Below, piece by piece: positions 8,588-16,998 of a stretch of DNA of 32,000 bases (position 1 is its first letter; every line of letters starts with the position of its first letter). The notes beneath the pieces are model-generated. The model did no database searches. It was given only the letters and a program-made list of their open reading frames with translations, and was not told the DNA's origin. This DNA comes from Erysipelothrix larvae (GTDB lineage Bacteria > Bacillota_I > Bacilli_A > Erysipelotrichales > Erysipelotrichaceae): assembly GCF_001545095.1 (NCBI RefSeq), contig NZ_CP013213.1:2463109-2495108 (forward strand). The letters run 5' to 3'. Made by a program: the position numbers and the translations under genes.

Positions 8588-9676
8588 ATGAAACGAAGAC
8601 TTGGTATTTCTATTTACCCCGACCACAGCAATATTGAAGCAGATATGGCTTATTTGGACACTGCTTCTCACCTTGGTTTTTCTCGACTGTTTGCAAGCAT
8701 GCTTGAAGTTTCTGGAAGCAAAGAAGAGACGGCTGCTAAGTTTAAAACAATTCTTAAGTATGCAAAAGACAAAGGGTTTGAAGTAATCCTTGATGTTGCA
8801 CCGAACATCTTTGAGCAATTGCAGATTTCCTATGATGATCTTAGCTTTTTTAAGGAACTTCATGCGGATGGAATTCGTCTCGATGTTGGATTTGATGGCA
8901 ATAAAGAAGCTTTATTGACATACAATGAATATGGCCTTATTATTGAATTGAACATGAGTAATGATGTTGCTTATCTTGATAACATTCTGACCTACCAAGC
9001 CAATAAGCCATTCTTATATGGATGCCATAACTTCTACCCTCAGTCAGGCACTGGGTTAGATTATGATTTCTTTGTGAACTGTTCAAAACGGTTTAAACGT
9101 CACGGACTACGAACTGCTGCATTTATCACTTCAAGTACTGCTACTTTAGGTCCTTGGAATATCAATGATGGGCTTCCAACTCTAGAGCTTCACCGAAGTT
9201 TACCGATTGATGTACAAGCTAAGCATCTCTTTGCAACAGGACTCATCGATGATGTGATTATTGGAAACGCATATGCAAGTGATGAAGAACTTGAATCCCT
9301 AAGCAAAGTCAATCGTTACCAATTAAGTCTTAGAGTCGATGTTAATGAACGTAATAATGAAGTTGAGAATGACATTATCACGCACAACCAACATCAACGT
9401 CGGGGGGATATTTCAAGTTCTTTAATTCGTTCAACAGAGGTTCGTAAAAAGTATGCCCATAGTCCAAATTCATTGCATTCAAATGAAGATCCTTTCCAAT
9501 TTGGAGATGTTGTTATTGGCAATGATTGCTTTGGAAAATACAAAAACGAATTGCAAATTGTGTTGCAACCTCATACAGATCCCCGCAAGAACAAAGTAGG
9601 ACAGATTCTTGAGGAAGAGAAGTTTTTACTGAAATACATCAGTCCTTGGAGTAAATTTAGATTAGAAAAATTGTGA
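8588..9676 (+). CDS. DUF871 / MupG-family protein (putative 6-phospho-glycosidase)
   Basis: 362 aa with a strong RBS AAGGAGG. The N-terminus MKRRLGISIYPDHS and the overall size match the DUF871 family, whose characterised member is S. aureus MupG (a 6-phospho-N-acetylmuramidase). Confidence 0.8.
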   Translation: MKRRLGISIYPDHSNIEADMAYLDTASHLGFSRLFASMLEVSGSKEETAAKFKTILKYAKDKGFEVILDVAPNIFEQLQISYDDLSFFKELHADGIRLDVGFDGNKEALLTYNEYGLIIELNMSNDVAYLDNILTYQANKPFLYGCHNFYPQSGTGLDYDFFVNCSKRFKRHGLRTAAFITSSTATLGPWNINDGLPTLELHRSLPIDVQAKHLFATGLIDDVIIGNAYASDEELESLSKVNRYQLSLRVDVNERNNEVENDIITHNQHQRRGDISSSLIRSTEVRKKYAHSPNSLHSNEDPFQFGDVVIGNDCFGKYKNELQIVLQPHTDPRKNKVGQILEEEKFLLKYISPWSKFRLEKL

Positions 9677-9680
9677 TATT

Positions 9681-10796
9681 ATGCTCGATATACTTATTAA
9701 AAATGCCGTCTTAACAGACGGAAGTAAAATTGATATAGGCGTAAAGAATGGTAAGATTGTTGCGCTTGACACCCTGCTTAACTTAAATGCAGTTCAGACA
9801 TTCGTGATGGAATCTGGGTCGTACATCAGTGCGGGTTGGATCGATGACCATGTCCATTGCAATCCGACGATGGATATCTATTATGATGAACCCGATCTCA
9901 TTGGTGTACACTCTGGAGTTTGTACAGTAATTGATGCTGGGTCCTGCGGATATTCGAATGTTGACGCTTTTTTTCAATGTGTAAAGAATGCTAAAACAAA
10001 TGTCTACGCCTTACTCAACATCTCAGATATTGGGCTGATTAGACAAGACGAACTCTCTGATTTATCATTGATTCAAATTGATCATATAAAAGAGAAGTTT
10101 AATATGTACCCCGATTTTCTACTTGGAATTAAAGCACGAATGAGTCAAAGTGTTGTTGGTGATAACGGTATTCAACCTTTAGTGATGGCAAAGAAGATTC
10201 AAAAAGAACTCGGTGATATTCCGTTAATGGTTCACATTGGGTCTGCACCACCACCTCTTGAAGACATCATGCCGTTATTAGATCATCATGATATGGTTAC
10301 CCATTGTTTCAATGGTAAAGCGAATTCAATCATTGATTCTGATATGCATATTAAGTCTTGTGTCTTATGTGCTCAAAAACGTGGAGTGGCATTTGATTTA
10401 GGCCATGGAACTGCGAGTTTTGACTTTAACGTTGCACGGCACTGTTTAAATCTCGGATTTAAATGCTGTACAATTAGTACAGATATCTATCACCGAAACC
10501 GTGTTAGCGGACCTGTGATGAGTTTTGCAGTCACATTAAGTAAGATGTTACACCTTGGTTATTCTTTAGAGGAAATCATTGATAAAGTTACCAGGGTGCC
10601 TGCAGAGTTCTTTAAGATCCAAAATAAAGGGAAAATAGAAATCGGATATGACGCTGATTTCACAATCTTCGAAGTCAAAGACACACAATTTGAAGCAATT
10701 GATTCTTCAGGAAATCGTGAAATCATTCATAAATTAATTCAACCCCGTCACGTAATTGTAGGTGGTGTGATGATCGATATGGAGGAGATTCAATGA
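9681..10796 (+). CDS. Amidohydrolase/deacetylase-family metallohydrolase (NagA/dihydroorotase-like)
   Basis: 371 aa. It opens with a beta-sandwich-type start (MLDILIKNAVLTDG...), then the metal-binding GWIDDHVHC (HxH). Later H/D ligands are present (MVHIGS, VTHCFNG, STDIY). Confidence 0.85.
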   Translation: MLDILIKNAVLTDGSKIDIGVKNGKIVALDTLLNLNAVQTFVMESGSYISAGWIDDHVHCNPTMDIYYDEPDLIGVHSGVCTVIDAGSCGYSNVDAFFQCVKNAKTNVYALLNISDIGLIRQDELSDLSLIQIDHIKEKFNMYPDFLLGIKARMSQSVVGDNGIQPLVMAKKIQKELGDIPLMVHIGSAPPPLEDIMPLLDHHDMVTHCFNGKANSIIDSDMHIKSCVLCAQKRGVAFDLGHGTASFDFNVARHCLNLGFKCCTISTDIYHRNRVSGPVMSFAVTLSKMLHLGYSLEEIIDKVTRVPAEFFKIQNKGKIEIGYDADFTIFEVKDTQFEAIDSSGNREIIHKLIQPRHVIVGGVMIDMEEIQ

Positions 10797-11875
10797 ACGA
10801 ACTTAATTTAACGCGTGTAATTAATGCAAGTGGTAAAATGTCGATACTGGGTGTTTCAAAGGTTCAAAAGACTGCAATCGAAGCACAACAATACGGTGCT
10901 CAAAACTTCTTTGTGATCGAAGAACTTATTGAGAAAACTGGCAGTCAACTCAGTCAATTAACCGGGTACCCTGCAGCAACAATCGTTGCAAGTGCTTCAT
11001 CAGGGATTGCACTCTGTGTTGCAGGGTGTATCGCTAAAGATAATGACCACGCATTGTTACACCCTTATGATCCAACCCTAACAAAACGTGAAGTTGTTAT
11101 TATGAAAGGCCATAACGTTGATTATGGTGCCCCAGTTCAAACAATGATTGAACTGGGGGGAGGGGTTGTTGTTGAAGCTGGCTATGCGAATGGATGTACT
11201 GCATCGCATGTTAAAGCATGCTTGAATGAAAACACCTGTGCTTTGATGTATGTTGTCAGCCATCATACTGTTCAAAAAAGTATGTTATCTCTTGAAGATA
11301 TGATTCAAATTAGCAAAGCATCAAACGTACCCCTTATTGTGGATGCTGCAGCTGAAGAAGCACTTACACAATATGTCAATCAAGCGATTGATTGTGTGAT
11401 CTTTAGTGGCGCAAAAGCCATTGAAGGCCCAAGTTCTGGACTTGTATTTGGAAGTGTTCAGGCAATCGACTGGGTGCGACGTCAAAGCAAGGGAATTGGC
11501 CGTGCAATGAAAATTGGAAAAGAAAACATTCTCGGTCTCTATCAAGCAACTAAAACCTACTTAAGTGAAGGAAACGAATCTGGCGCATCCATGATTGAAC
11601 GTATTGAACCTTGGCTAAAAGATATGAAGGCACTTGGTATCAATGCATCAATCACTCAAGATGGAGCAGGCCGCGATATCTATCGTTTAAAAATAATAGT
11701 AGAGGATGCACCTTCATTAATTTCTTCGATGAAACAACAAAACCCTGCTGTTTATACCCGTGAGTACTATGCAAATCAAGGGATCATCGAGTTTGATGTT
11801 AGAGCACTAAATCAAGACGATATGCGTATCATCACACAATATATCGAATCATTTATGAAAGGAAACCACCCATGA
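10793..11875 (+). CDS. DgaE-family (SelA-like) PLP-dependent ammonia-lyase
   Basis: 360 aa with a 4-nt overlap with the upstream gene. The N-terminus NLTRVINASGKMSILGVS and the PLP-lysine region VIFSGAKAIEGPSSG resemble SelA/DgaE (FSGDK..GGP). Confidence 0.8.
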   Translation: MNELNLTRVINASGKMSILGVSKVQKTAIEAQQYGAQNFFVIEELIEKTGSQLSQLTGYPAATIVASASSGIALCVAGCIAKDNDHALLHPYDPTLTKREVVIMKGHNVDYGAPVQTMIELGGGVVVEAGYANGCTASHVKACLNENTCALMYVVSHHTVQKSMLSLEDMIQISKASNVPLIVDAAAEEALTQYVNQAIDCVIFSGAKAIEGPSSGLVFGSVQAIDWVRRQSKGIGRAMKIGKENILGLYQATKTYLSEGNESGASMIERIEPWLKDMKALGINASITQDGAGRDIYRLKIIVEDAPSLISSMKQQNPAVYTREYYANQGIIEFDVRALNQDDMRIITQYIESFMKGNHP

Positions 11876-12612
11876 GAACAAAACCAAATTTCTATAATAA
11901 CCGAGTAGCACTTAATGTGCTTGCGAATACTCTTGAAAATGCTGTTGAATGCTATGAGGCAGCAGAACACCACGCAATTATTGGACTATTATCTTCGAAC
12001 TATGAAACAGATGAACTTGCGATTGAAGATTTTAAACGTTATCAAAGTGCATTAGACAACGCCATTTCAATTGGTTTAGGTGCCGGCAATCCAAATCAAA
12101 GCAATATGGTCGCAAGACTTAGTGGTGCACTGAAACCACAACATGTCAATCAAGTATTTACTGGCATTGGTAATACCCGTGGAAGACTTGGGGATGCGGA
12201 TACATACATTAACGGTCTTGTTTCACCTACTGGAACTGTTGGATTTGTTAATATTGGGACTGGACCAATCAGCTCTAAAAACGATCCTGTTGTTGTCAGT
12301 GTCCAAGGGGCCATCGATTTGCTGAAAGATATGGGTGCTAATACCATTAAGTATTTCCCAATGAAAGGTCTTGCACATCTTGATGAATACCGCGAAGTAT
12401 GTCGACTTTGTGCACAAAATGACTTTGGACTTGAACCTACAGGTGGTATCGATCTCGATAACTTTGAAATCCTCTTGCAAATTGCTCTTGATGCAAATGT
12501 AAAAGAAATCATTCCGCATGTGTACAGCTCAATCATTGACCCAACAACAAATAACACCCGCGTTGAAGATGTGAAAACATTATTTGGAATCATTAAAAAG
12601 CTGGTAAAATAA
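11872..12612 (+). CDS. KDGP-aldolase-family protein (formerly DUF1341)
   Basis: 246 aa with a 4-nt overlap with the upstream gene. The start MRTKPNFYNNRVALNVLA and the size match what I recall of the KDGP_aldolase family, which co-occurs with DgaE-like genes. Confidence 0.7.
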   Translation: MRTKPNFYNNRVALNVLANTLENAVECYEAAEHHAIIGLLSSNYETDELAIEDFKRYQSALDNAISIGLGAGNPNQSNMVARLSGALKPQHVNQVFTGIGNTRGRLGDADTYINGLVSPTGTVGFVNIGTGPISSKNDPVVVSVQGAIDLLKDMGANTIKYFPMKGLAHLDEYREVCRLCAQNDFGLEPTGGIDLDNFEILLQIALDANVKEIIPHVYSSIIDPTTNNTRVEDVKTLFGIIKKLVK

Positions 12613-12613
12613 C

Positions 12614-13606
12614 ATGAGAATTGTTGCATTTGGCGAAACAATGCTTCGCTTATCAACTCAAAATAACAAAGCCTTATCTCAATCACAAGCACTTGATATG
12701 TTGTTTTGTGGAACGGGAGTAAACTTGTTAAGAAACCTGTATCAGTTTGGTCATGAAGTTTCTCTTATTTCTTCAGTCCCTGATAATGATATTGGAATCG
12801 CTGCGCTTTCAAATCTAAGAATGCTTGGCATTAATGAACAAGCAGTCACGAAATCTGGCAATCATATTGGAATCTACTTTCTAGAACCAGGACATGGTTT
12901 AAGACCAAGTAAAGTCACTTATATGAACCGAAGTTTCTCAAGCTTTAATACCTATCAGTTTACACAAGAAGAATTAAGACAAGCACTTTCAGGTGCTGAT
13001 CTTGTCCATATCTGCGGTATTTCGTGCCAAACTTCCGTGATTAGTAGAAACAATGCTTTATTGGTTGCTTCATTATGTGAATCGATGAGTATTAAACTCT
13101 GCTTTGATTTTAATTTCCGTCAATCCTTAATGGATCCAAATGAATATGATACGGTTCTTGATGCCTTCAAATATATTCTTAAACGCAGTACAATCGTTTT
13201 TGGGAGTGTCCTTGATTTAGAAAAGACACTACAAATTGAAGGTTCTACTTTTGAAGAACGCACGTTAAACTTCATGAATCAATACACGGTCGATGTATTC
13301 TCTGGAACACTCAAAACTTTAGATCACAACGATCAGTTAGTTATTAAAGGGTTTTTGTGCAAGGATTCTGTCTTCAAGTCCGGAAAACCCATAGCCGTAG
13401 ATGTTTTGGATGCGATTGGAACCGGTGATGCCTATGCATCTGGAATTATCAGTGGATTACAATCCGGATGGCCGATTCAAGAAGTAATTGATTTCGCTAC
13501 ACGATGCTGTGCAGTAGCCTATACAACGGTTGGTGATTACTTGAATGTCACCCAAGAAGAAATACTACGCATGAACCCTTCAAAAGCTCAACGTGTCTTG
13601 CGATAA
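12614..13606 (+). CDS. PfkB-family sugar kinase (KdgK-like)
   Basis: 330 aa. The N-terminal MRIVAFGETMLRL is typical of 2-keto-3-deoxygluconokinases. The C-terminal anion-hole motif DAIGTGDAYASG is present. Confidence 0.85.
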   Translation: MRIVAFGETMLRLSTQNNKALSQSQALDMLFCGTGVNLLRNLYQFGHEVSLISSVPDNDIGIAALSNLRMLGINEQAVTKSGNHIGIYFLEPGHGLRPSKVTYMNRSFSSFNTYQFTQEELRQALSGADLVHICGISCQTSVISRNNALLVASLCESMSIKLCFDFNFRQSLMDPNEYDTVLDAFKYILKRSTIVFGSVLDLEKTLQIEGSTFEERTLNFMNQYTVDVFSGTLKTLDHNDQLVIKGFLCKDSVFKSGKPIAVDVLDAIGTGDAYASGIISGLQSGWPIQEVIDFATRCCAVAYTTVGDYLNVTQEEILRMNPSKAQRVLR

Positions 13607-13673
13607 TAGCGCATTACTTTTATTCGTCACTTTACACGTTTTCCTTAATATCAATGACTCAATCTATGCAAAA

Positions 13674-13721
13674 GAAACACCCCTTAGATTCAATGTGAAT
13701 TTAAGGAATGTTTCTTTTTTT
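13674..13721 (+). terminator. Intrinsic terminator of the PTS/amino-sugar-acid operon (partly bidirectional)
   Basis: Long interrupted hairpin: GAAACA..CCTTA..ATTCA / TGAAT..TAAGG..TGTTTC, followed by T7 (13715-13721). An A-run on the left could serve the convergent gntR-family gene. Confidence 0.75.
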
Positions 13722-13795
13722 GGTTTGATTTGCTACAAACGATAATGTACGAGTTACAGATTTAATGATTGCATTGATTGGTAGGCGTGTATATG

Positions 13796-14488
13796 TTAAA
13801 TCTCATATTCTACTTTATAGGGTAAAACCTCTGTATTATAATAACCGCGAGAAATCTCTATAATATTTCCATCTTCATCTATGGTGCTGCGTACACGTCG
13901 CAATACACTTGAAACATTTAAAACATCTTTGATTTCAGCCGAAACAACCTCAACATTAAAATCATCTTCGAATTTCATCACAGTGTGCCCTTTGGCATCC
14001 AACCAGCGATACAAGGAATTCTCTTCAATCTTCCGTTTTGCAGTTTCTAAATCTTCATTAAAACAAGGAAAATAGTGTACAAAATATACATAGGGTTTCT
14101 GGTCTAGATAATAGATTCTTTTCATGCACAGTGCGGTAGACCCAATTGCTTCAAGAATGCTCGCATCTTGTATCTCATGATCAACTTCCAATGATATAAT
14201 TTTCTTTTCGAGTTGGTGGTTTCGTTCAAGAATTGATGAAAAGGAGGTTGCTTTTGAAAGTTTGTTAAACAATCGATTGCTCACAACGACTGTCCCAATA
14301 CCTCGTTTCTTATCTATAAATCCTTCTCCGACAAGCTCTTCGATCGCTTTACGTACAGTGATCTTGCTTACTTCAAACATAGCCTCCAATTCGTTCTCTG
14401 TTGGCAAGAAAGAATTCACAGGATAAACACCGTCTAAAATGTCTTGTTTAATTTGATTTGCAATCTCAGCATACAACAATTTCTTCAT
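13796..14488 (-). CDS. GntR-family transcriptional regulator, HutC subfamily (UTRA effector domain)
   Basis: 230 aa. It has the N-terminal wHTH LPTENELEAMFEVSKITVRKAIEELVGEGFIDKKRGIGTVV and a C-terminal domain of ~150 aa of UTRA size. AAGGAG lies upstream of the ATG. Confidence 0.92.
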   Translation of the reverse strand: MKKLLYAEIANQIKQDILDGVYPVNSFLPTENELEAMFEVSKITVRKAIEELVGEGFIDKKRGIGTVVVSNRLFNKLSKATSFSSILERNHQLEKKIISLEVDHEIQDASILEAIGSTALCMKRIYYLDQKPYVYFVHYFPCFNEDLETAKRKIEENSLYRWLDAKGHTVMKFEDDFNVEVVSAEIKDVLNVSSVLRRVRSTIDEDGNIIEISRGYYNTEVLPYKVEYEI

Positions 14489-14920
14489 AGTAAATACTCC
14501 TTGATATGTCGATTATATTCTACTGACAATGATAATATAATAATGTCTTAAAAGCAACTTTATCCCGCTTTCGTATGTAAATGAAATTACCGCATATTTA
14601 GCTAAAGATAACGTTCAAAGAGTAGTTCAAACTCACACGTGAAGCATTATTTTATGACCAAGAGACACCTGTTTTCGTACCCTTTTTAATGGATTCGATT
14701 GCACCTGATACTGTATTTGGTTTTCTTCTGATTTGTCCTGGCATAAACATTTCGTGTTTTATATGCGTGACCTTAAACCAAACTGTTTACAAATTGATGA
14801 ACATCATACATTGAGCTACATTTTTAATAATCGTAGGAAGGACCACGCGTATGTCAATTAATTGTGGATTAGTTGAAGTTTTATACCAATTATACATTCC
14901 TCTTTTTCTCATACGAATTT

Positions 14921-14949
14921 AAAAAAGGTTCGAATTAATGATTCGAACC
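14921..14949 (-). terminator. Intrinsic terminator of the V-type ATPase operon
   Basis: On the - strand: GGTTCGAAT, loop CATTA, ATTCGAACC (9-bp perfect stem), followed by T6. It begins 10 nt after the subunit D stop. Confidence 0.85.
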
Positions 14950-14959
14950 TCTTCTGTTA

Positions 14960-15571
14960 CTATCTTCGATCTGTCTGGCTCTTCACCAATTTCATTCGAA
15001 TAAAATCTTCACGTTCTTTTTCTTCGAGCGCTTCAGATATCATTTTTATTTCTGATTCAAGATTTGGAATTACGATATAAGCAAGTGCATTCGCACGTTT
15101 ACGGCTTTTCTCTATTGCTTTCGCAAGTCGATACATGCCGTTATCGAGTTCCGCTAATTTTACTGTATAGCTTTTCACAATGTTGAATCGCATAAACGCT
15201 TCATCTAAGTGACTGTCTGTACCTTGAACCCTGAATTGAGGCTCGTTACTGATTGTTTTGTTTAAGTGAACCTTAGGTATCTCAATCCCCATAACAGAGC
15301 GGTATACGATTTCTACACCGTCGTCTACGGTTACTTGACTTGCAATGGCGCGCGTTGTAAAAGAACCGATTGAAATATTGGCATTTTGTAATGAATAGTA
15401 CGCATCATCATATGCCTCATCAATAACAGTTCGTAGTGTTTTAACATCATCCATCATTTGTGATAACTCTTGCATTAGAATCACACGCTTACGGTCCATG
15501 AGGTCATATCCCAATTTCGCAAGCCTTAATGATTCCCTACTGGCTATGAGGTTGCTTTTGGTAATGAGCAT
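14960..15571 (-). CDS. ntpD: V/A-type ATPase subunit D (central stalk)
   Basis: 203 aa. The N-terminus MLITKSNLIASRESLRLAKLGYDLMDRKRVILMQEL matches the subunit D signature (coiled coil). The start lies 1 nt after the subunit B stop. Confidence 0.93.
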   Translation of the reverse strand: MLITKSNLIASRESLRLAKLGYDLMDRKRVILMQELSQMMDDVKTLRTVIDEAYDDAYYSLQNANISIGSFTTRAIASQVTVDDGVEIVYRSVMGIEIPKVHLNKTISNEPQFRVQGTDSHLDEAFMRFNIVKSYTVKLAELDNGMYRLAKAIEKSRKRANALAYIVIPNLESEIKMISEALEEKEREDFIRMKLVKSQTDRR

Positions 15572-15572
15572 A

Positions 15573-16985
15573 TTAGTGTCCTACTTCTAACGATTCAAAA
15601 TATGTTTTAGCACGAGATGGGTCATAGTGCGCATCTAAGAGTTCATCGCTGAGTCGATCTAAGTCATGACGTGGAAGTAGGGAGACAAGAAGCCAACCTA
15701 AATCAAGTGTATCATCTACAAATCGGTTTGTTTTCGAACCTTGTCCTACAAAGACTTGTTCAAACATACGACCAAACTCAAGATAGTTTTGATCTTCTTT
15801 ACTAAGTTCATCTAGCCCGATAACAGATGCAAGATTTCTTACGTCAATTACACGCGCATATGATGCGAATAGTTGTGATGAAACATCTTGGTGGTCTTCA
15901 CGTGTCAATCCTTTCCCAATACCATCTTTCATCAAACGAGAAAGGGATGGGAGTACGTTGATTGGTGGATAAATACCTTGTTGTGTCATATTACGATCCA
16001 ATACGATTTGTCCCTCAGTTATGTATCCTGTTAAGTCAGGAATCGGGTGAGAGATATCGTCATTTGGCATGGTAAGAATTGGAATTTGAGTCAATGACCC
16101 TGTACTTCCTTCAACACAACCTGCACGTTCATACATACTTGCAAGGTCTGAATAGAGGTATCCAGGATACCCTTTACGACCTGGGATTTCACCTTTTGAT
16201 GCACTGTATTCACGAAGCGCTTCACAATAGGTTGTCATATCTGACATCACTACAAGAATGTTCATGTTTTTTTCAAAAGCTAGGTATTCAGCTGCAGTTA
16301 ATGCGAAACGTGGTGTTAAAATACGTTCGATAATTGGGTCATTTGCCATGTTTAAGAACATAACAACGTGGTCCATAACGCCGCTTTCCATAAATGCTTT
16401 CTTAAAGAATGCTGCCACATCATGTTTTACACCCATTGCAGCAAACACAATCCCAAATGATTCGTTTTCATCATGAAGACGTGCTTGGCGGACAATTTGA
16501 GCCGCAAGTTCATTATGGGGTAACCCTGAACCTGAAAAGATTGGAAGCTTTTGTCCACGAATAAGTGTATTGAGACCATCAATGGCACTGACTCCTGTGT
16601 TGATGTAGTTTCGTGGATAAATCCGTGATACAGGGTTCATAACACGCCCGTTAATGTCTTGGGTACGTTCAACATAGATTGGTCCTTGGCCGTCAATTAC
16701 TTGGCCAGACCCATTAAAACTACGTCCTAGAATTGCTTCTGAAAGTCCCATTTCAATTGGACGTCCGGTAAACTTAGTTTGTGTATTTGTTCGTGACATC
16801 CCTTCAGTTTGTCCAAAGACTTGGATCAGAACCTTGTCACCTTTTATTTCAATAATACGTCCGAGTTGTTGTGAACCATCTTCATCATACAGTTCAACAA
16901 GTTCATCGAAAGACGCATCTTCAATACCTTCAAGCGCTACAAGTGGGCCGTTGATATTGGATAAACCTTGATATAAAGTACGCAT
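15573..16985 (-). CDS. ntpB: V/A-type ATPase subunit B (non-catalytic)
   Basis: 470 aa with typical B-subunit sequence ([10 protein letters not shown]..., [15 protein letters not shown], no canonical P-loop). I chose ATG at 16985 (GGAGGA 7 nt upstream) rather than the TTG one codon earlier. Confidence 0.95.
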   Translation of the reverse strand: MRTLYQGLSNINGPLVALEGIEDASFDELVELYDEDGSQQLGRIIEIKGDKVLIQVFGQTEGMSRTNTQTKFTGRPIEMGLSEAILGRSFNGSGQVIDGQGPIYVERTQDINGRVMNPVSRIYPRNYINTGVSAIDGLNTLIRGQKLPIFSGSGLPHNELAAQIVRQARLHDENESFGIVFAAMGVKHDVAAFFKKAFMESGVMDHVVMFLNMANDPIIERILTPRFALTAAEYLAFEKNMNILVVMSDMTTYCEALREYSASKGEIPGRKGYPGYLYSDLASMYERAGCVEGSTGSLTQIPILTMPNDDISHPIPDLTGYITEGQIVLDRNMTQQGIYPPINVLPSLSRLMKDGIGKGLTREDHQDVSSQLFASYARVIDVRNLASVIGLDELSKEDQNYLEFGRMFEQVFVGQGSKTNRFVDDTLDLGWLLVSLLPRHDLDRLSDELLDAHYDPSRAKTYFESLEVGH

Positions 16986-16998
16986 CAATATCTCCTCC

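Noticed and set aside
8543-8863. 106-aa ORF on the - strand, and a 61-aa ORF on the + strand at 8601-8786.
   Set aside because: They overlap the DUF871 gene out of frame or antisense. Neither has an RBS.
12150-12692. 180-aa ORF on the - strand, plus a 98-aa ORF at 12223-12519.
   Set aside because: Both lie entirely antisense to the well-supported KDGP-aldolase-family and kinase genes. They have no RBS and low-complexity, Ser/Pro/Cys-rich products, so they are shadow ORFs.
14512-14547. Possible autoregulatory operator for the GntR-family gene: TGTCGAT..ACTGACA around its TATAAT, and GACA..TGTC at 14525-14547.
   Set aside because: Only 4-5 bp of symmetry is present, and the match to the strong repeat at 6912-6933 is loose (it shares only ATGTC). 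This is not enough to call.
14863-14871. A lone DnaA-box-like 9-mer TGTGGATTA with one mismatch.
   Set aside because: A single isolated near-match is expected by chance in 32 kb of AT-rich DNA, and no cluster surrounds it.
14921-14949. GGTTCGAATC on the - strand, which resembles a tRNA T-arm/T-loop consensus.
   Set aside because: There is no acceptor, D or anticodon arm around it. The sequence pairs perfectly with ATTCGAACC and is followed by T6, so it is the V-ATPase terminator.
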